Shown here one piece after another: positions 62,101 to 64,000 of a stretch of DNA of 64,000 nt. The notes below the pieces were generated by a model that saw only the letters and a program-made list of their open reading frames with translations, was not told the DNA's origin and made no database searches. The stretch lies in NCBI RefSeq assembly GCF_001194135.2, contig NC_068999.1, forward strand, positions 2,686,294 to 2,750,293, given 5' to 3'. Origin of the DNA: Octopus bimaculoides (Eukaryota). Within the stretch, counting starts at the first letter, position 1. Each line of letters opens with the position of its first letter. The translations under genes were made by a program, and so were the position numbers.

Positions 62101-62489
62101 TTGGGGGTACAGGCTAGTCGATTATATCGACCCCAATACTTGACTGGTACTTTATCGACCTCGAAAGGGAGAAAGGACGTAGTGGGGTGCAATAAATAAT
62201 ACAAGGCATTTTGTTCGACACAGTTGAATCGTTAGTGATTCTAATTTCCACTCGGTTAATCATGATGTCATTCTTACATGACACAAGCTGACATATTTGT
62301 AAGAATGGGACGTATTTAACTGAGACGATTCCTTCATACATTCGTACCTACATGCATGTGTCATTATTCAATTTATTTCAAGATATCTTGCTTATAGAGA
62401 AAGAACCGTATCTCATCCAAGAATAACAGTATTTTAAGAATTAGAAATTATCGACTAGATTATGCGTGGGAAATAACAGTGTACTCAAA

Positions 62490-62845
62490 GTAGTCGCCCT
62501 CAACTTCCACCACAGCCTCAGGACTGCTCTGGAAGCTGGCGCGTGCGTCCCTCGCTGTATCCTTGGGAACATCCTCAAACGCCTCCTTGATCTTGGTTAC
62601 CAGTTCGGCCTTCGTGTTGCAGGCAGAGCGGTTGGTATCTTTCTCAACCATGCTGCACACATCGTAAACCATAGGATTACTATCGAGGGGATTGGAAGGC
62701 CAGAAATTGGGACTGGTTAAGTTATAGAAATTCTCCGACAACCACTTCTGTCTCTTTCCTGAGGAATGGCATGGTGCCAAAACCTGGTACCACACATATG
62801 GCCTTCCAATACAAAGCCTCTCCAGCCAGCGATTGACCACAATCT
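62490..62845 (-). pseudogene. Tc1/mariner transposase C-terminal remnant
   Basis: PYVWYQVLAPCH..QKWLSENF..NFWPSNPLDSNPMVYDVCSMVEKDTN, a degenerate form of QQDxAPxH and WPxxSPDLNPLD; interrupted upstream by a SINE fragment. Confidence 0.75.
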
Positions 62846-63519
62846 CCAACAGTTCAGTGGGACTGAACCCGGAACCATTTAGTTGGGAAGCAAGCTTCTT
62901 ACCACACATCATACTAGTATGTATTTTGACGATTCCTGAATGATGAAAGATAAGGTCGACCTCAGTAGAAAACACAAAAGCAATATAAATAGAAACGTTA
63001 ATAATAATTACAATTGTATGTAGTTTGTAATAATTATTTCTAACACAGGCAGCACGAGATCAGCCATTTGGAGCGAGGGAAAGAGCGCAGCCTTGTACTA
63101 ACTGGTGCTTTATTTAACATCGACACAGAAGACATGAAAGGTCACACATCTCGTAATAACTATATGTATATTTATTACAGTGGAGTGCGTTAGTTTGGAT
63201 AAGTTTGTTAGTCTTGCGGAACATTATGACATTTTGGAAAGGTTGGCTCTTAGAGGGGGAGAGAGAGACAGGGAGAGACGTGCTGCTAAAAATAAAGTGT
63301 TTCTCTTAGAAAAGTCACAGTCCTCGAAACGTTTCACCTTGGTGGCATGGCTCACCCTCAGTATTCTTGTAGAAGTTTTATCCCTCAAAGAAGCATGAAT
63401 CGAAGTTTGGTGGATTGGTGAAAAACGAAATTAATAATGTATATATAACGCTTTCACTAATTAAAAGTAATGAACAGTGTAATATTAGTTATCAAGAATA
63501 TATTTGGGTTCTGACTGAT

Positions 63520-63563
<44 letters not shown>

Positions 63564-64000
63564 TTTAAATCAGAGTGAGCGAAGTCGTGTTTGTGATCTT
63601 CGCCATCCAAACTGGTGATGTCCCATTCCAGTTCTCACGTGTCGATGTCTGTTGGAACACGAACATAATTCCTATGATGAAAAATGATTTGGAAAATATT
63701 TAGTGCATGGGCATATATATATATATATATACGACGGGCTTCTTTCAGTTNNNNNNNNNNGATCTTCGCCATCCAAACTGGTGATGTCCCATTCCAGTTC
63801 TCACGTGTCGATGTCTGTTGGAACACGAACATAATTCCTATGATGAAAAATGATTTGGAAAATATTTAGTGCATGGGCATATATATATATATATATACGA
63901 CGGGCTTCTTTCAGTTTCCATCCACCAAAACCACTCACAAGGCTTTGGTCGGCCCGAGGCTATAGTAGAAGACACTTGCCCAAGGTGCCACTGAACCTGG

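Noticed and set aside
63595-63916. ~155-bp tandem duplication around a 10-N gap
   Set aside because: Essentially identical copies on either side of a minimal gap indicate unmerged contig overlap.

Overview
AT-rich, microsatellite- and gap-rich animal genomic DNA; the repeat families suggest an octopus (inference). The window holds two convergent genes. On the + strand is the last coding exon of an aristaless/Arx PRD-class homeobox gene (1460-2116; homeodomain helix 3, 14-Ala tract, OAR motif). On the - strand is a complete DNA polymerase alpha catalytic subunit gene (POLA1), which I reconstructed by hand as 39 GT-AG exons from 59174 to 24792. The exons join in one frame (4314 nt, 1437 aa) and an E2F site lies just upstream of the ATG. 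This tail-to-tail Arx/Pola1 pairing matches the human ARX-POLA1 arrangement. POLA1 intron 1 contains a decayed Gypsy-type LTR retrotransposon (two LTRs, a tRNA-Trp primer-binding site of at least 26 nt, an RT remnant) and a small inverted-repeat element carrying telomeric repeats. Other introns hold perfect palindromes, MITEs, RTE LINE 3' ends, a 16-bp minisatellite and CpG-decayed SINEs. All coordinates and alignments were done by eye; no database searches were run.
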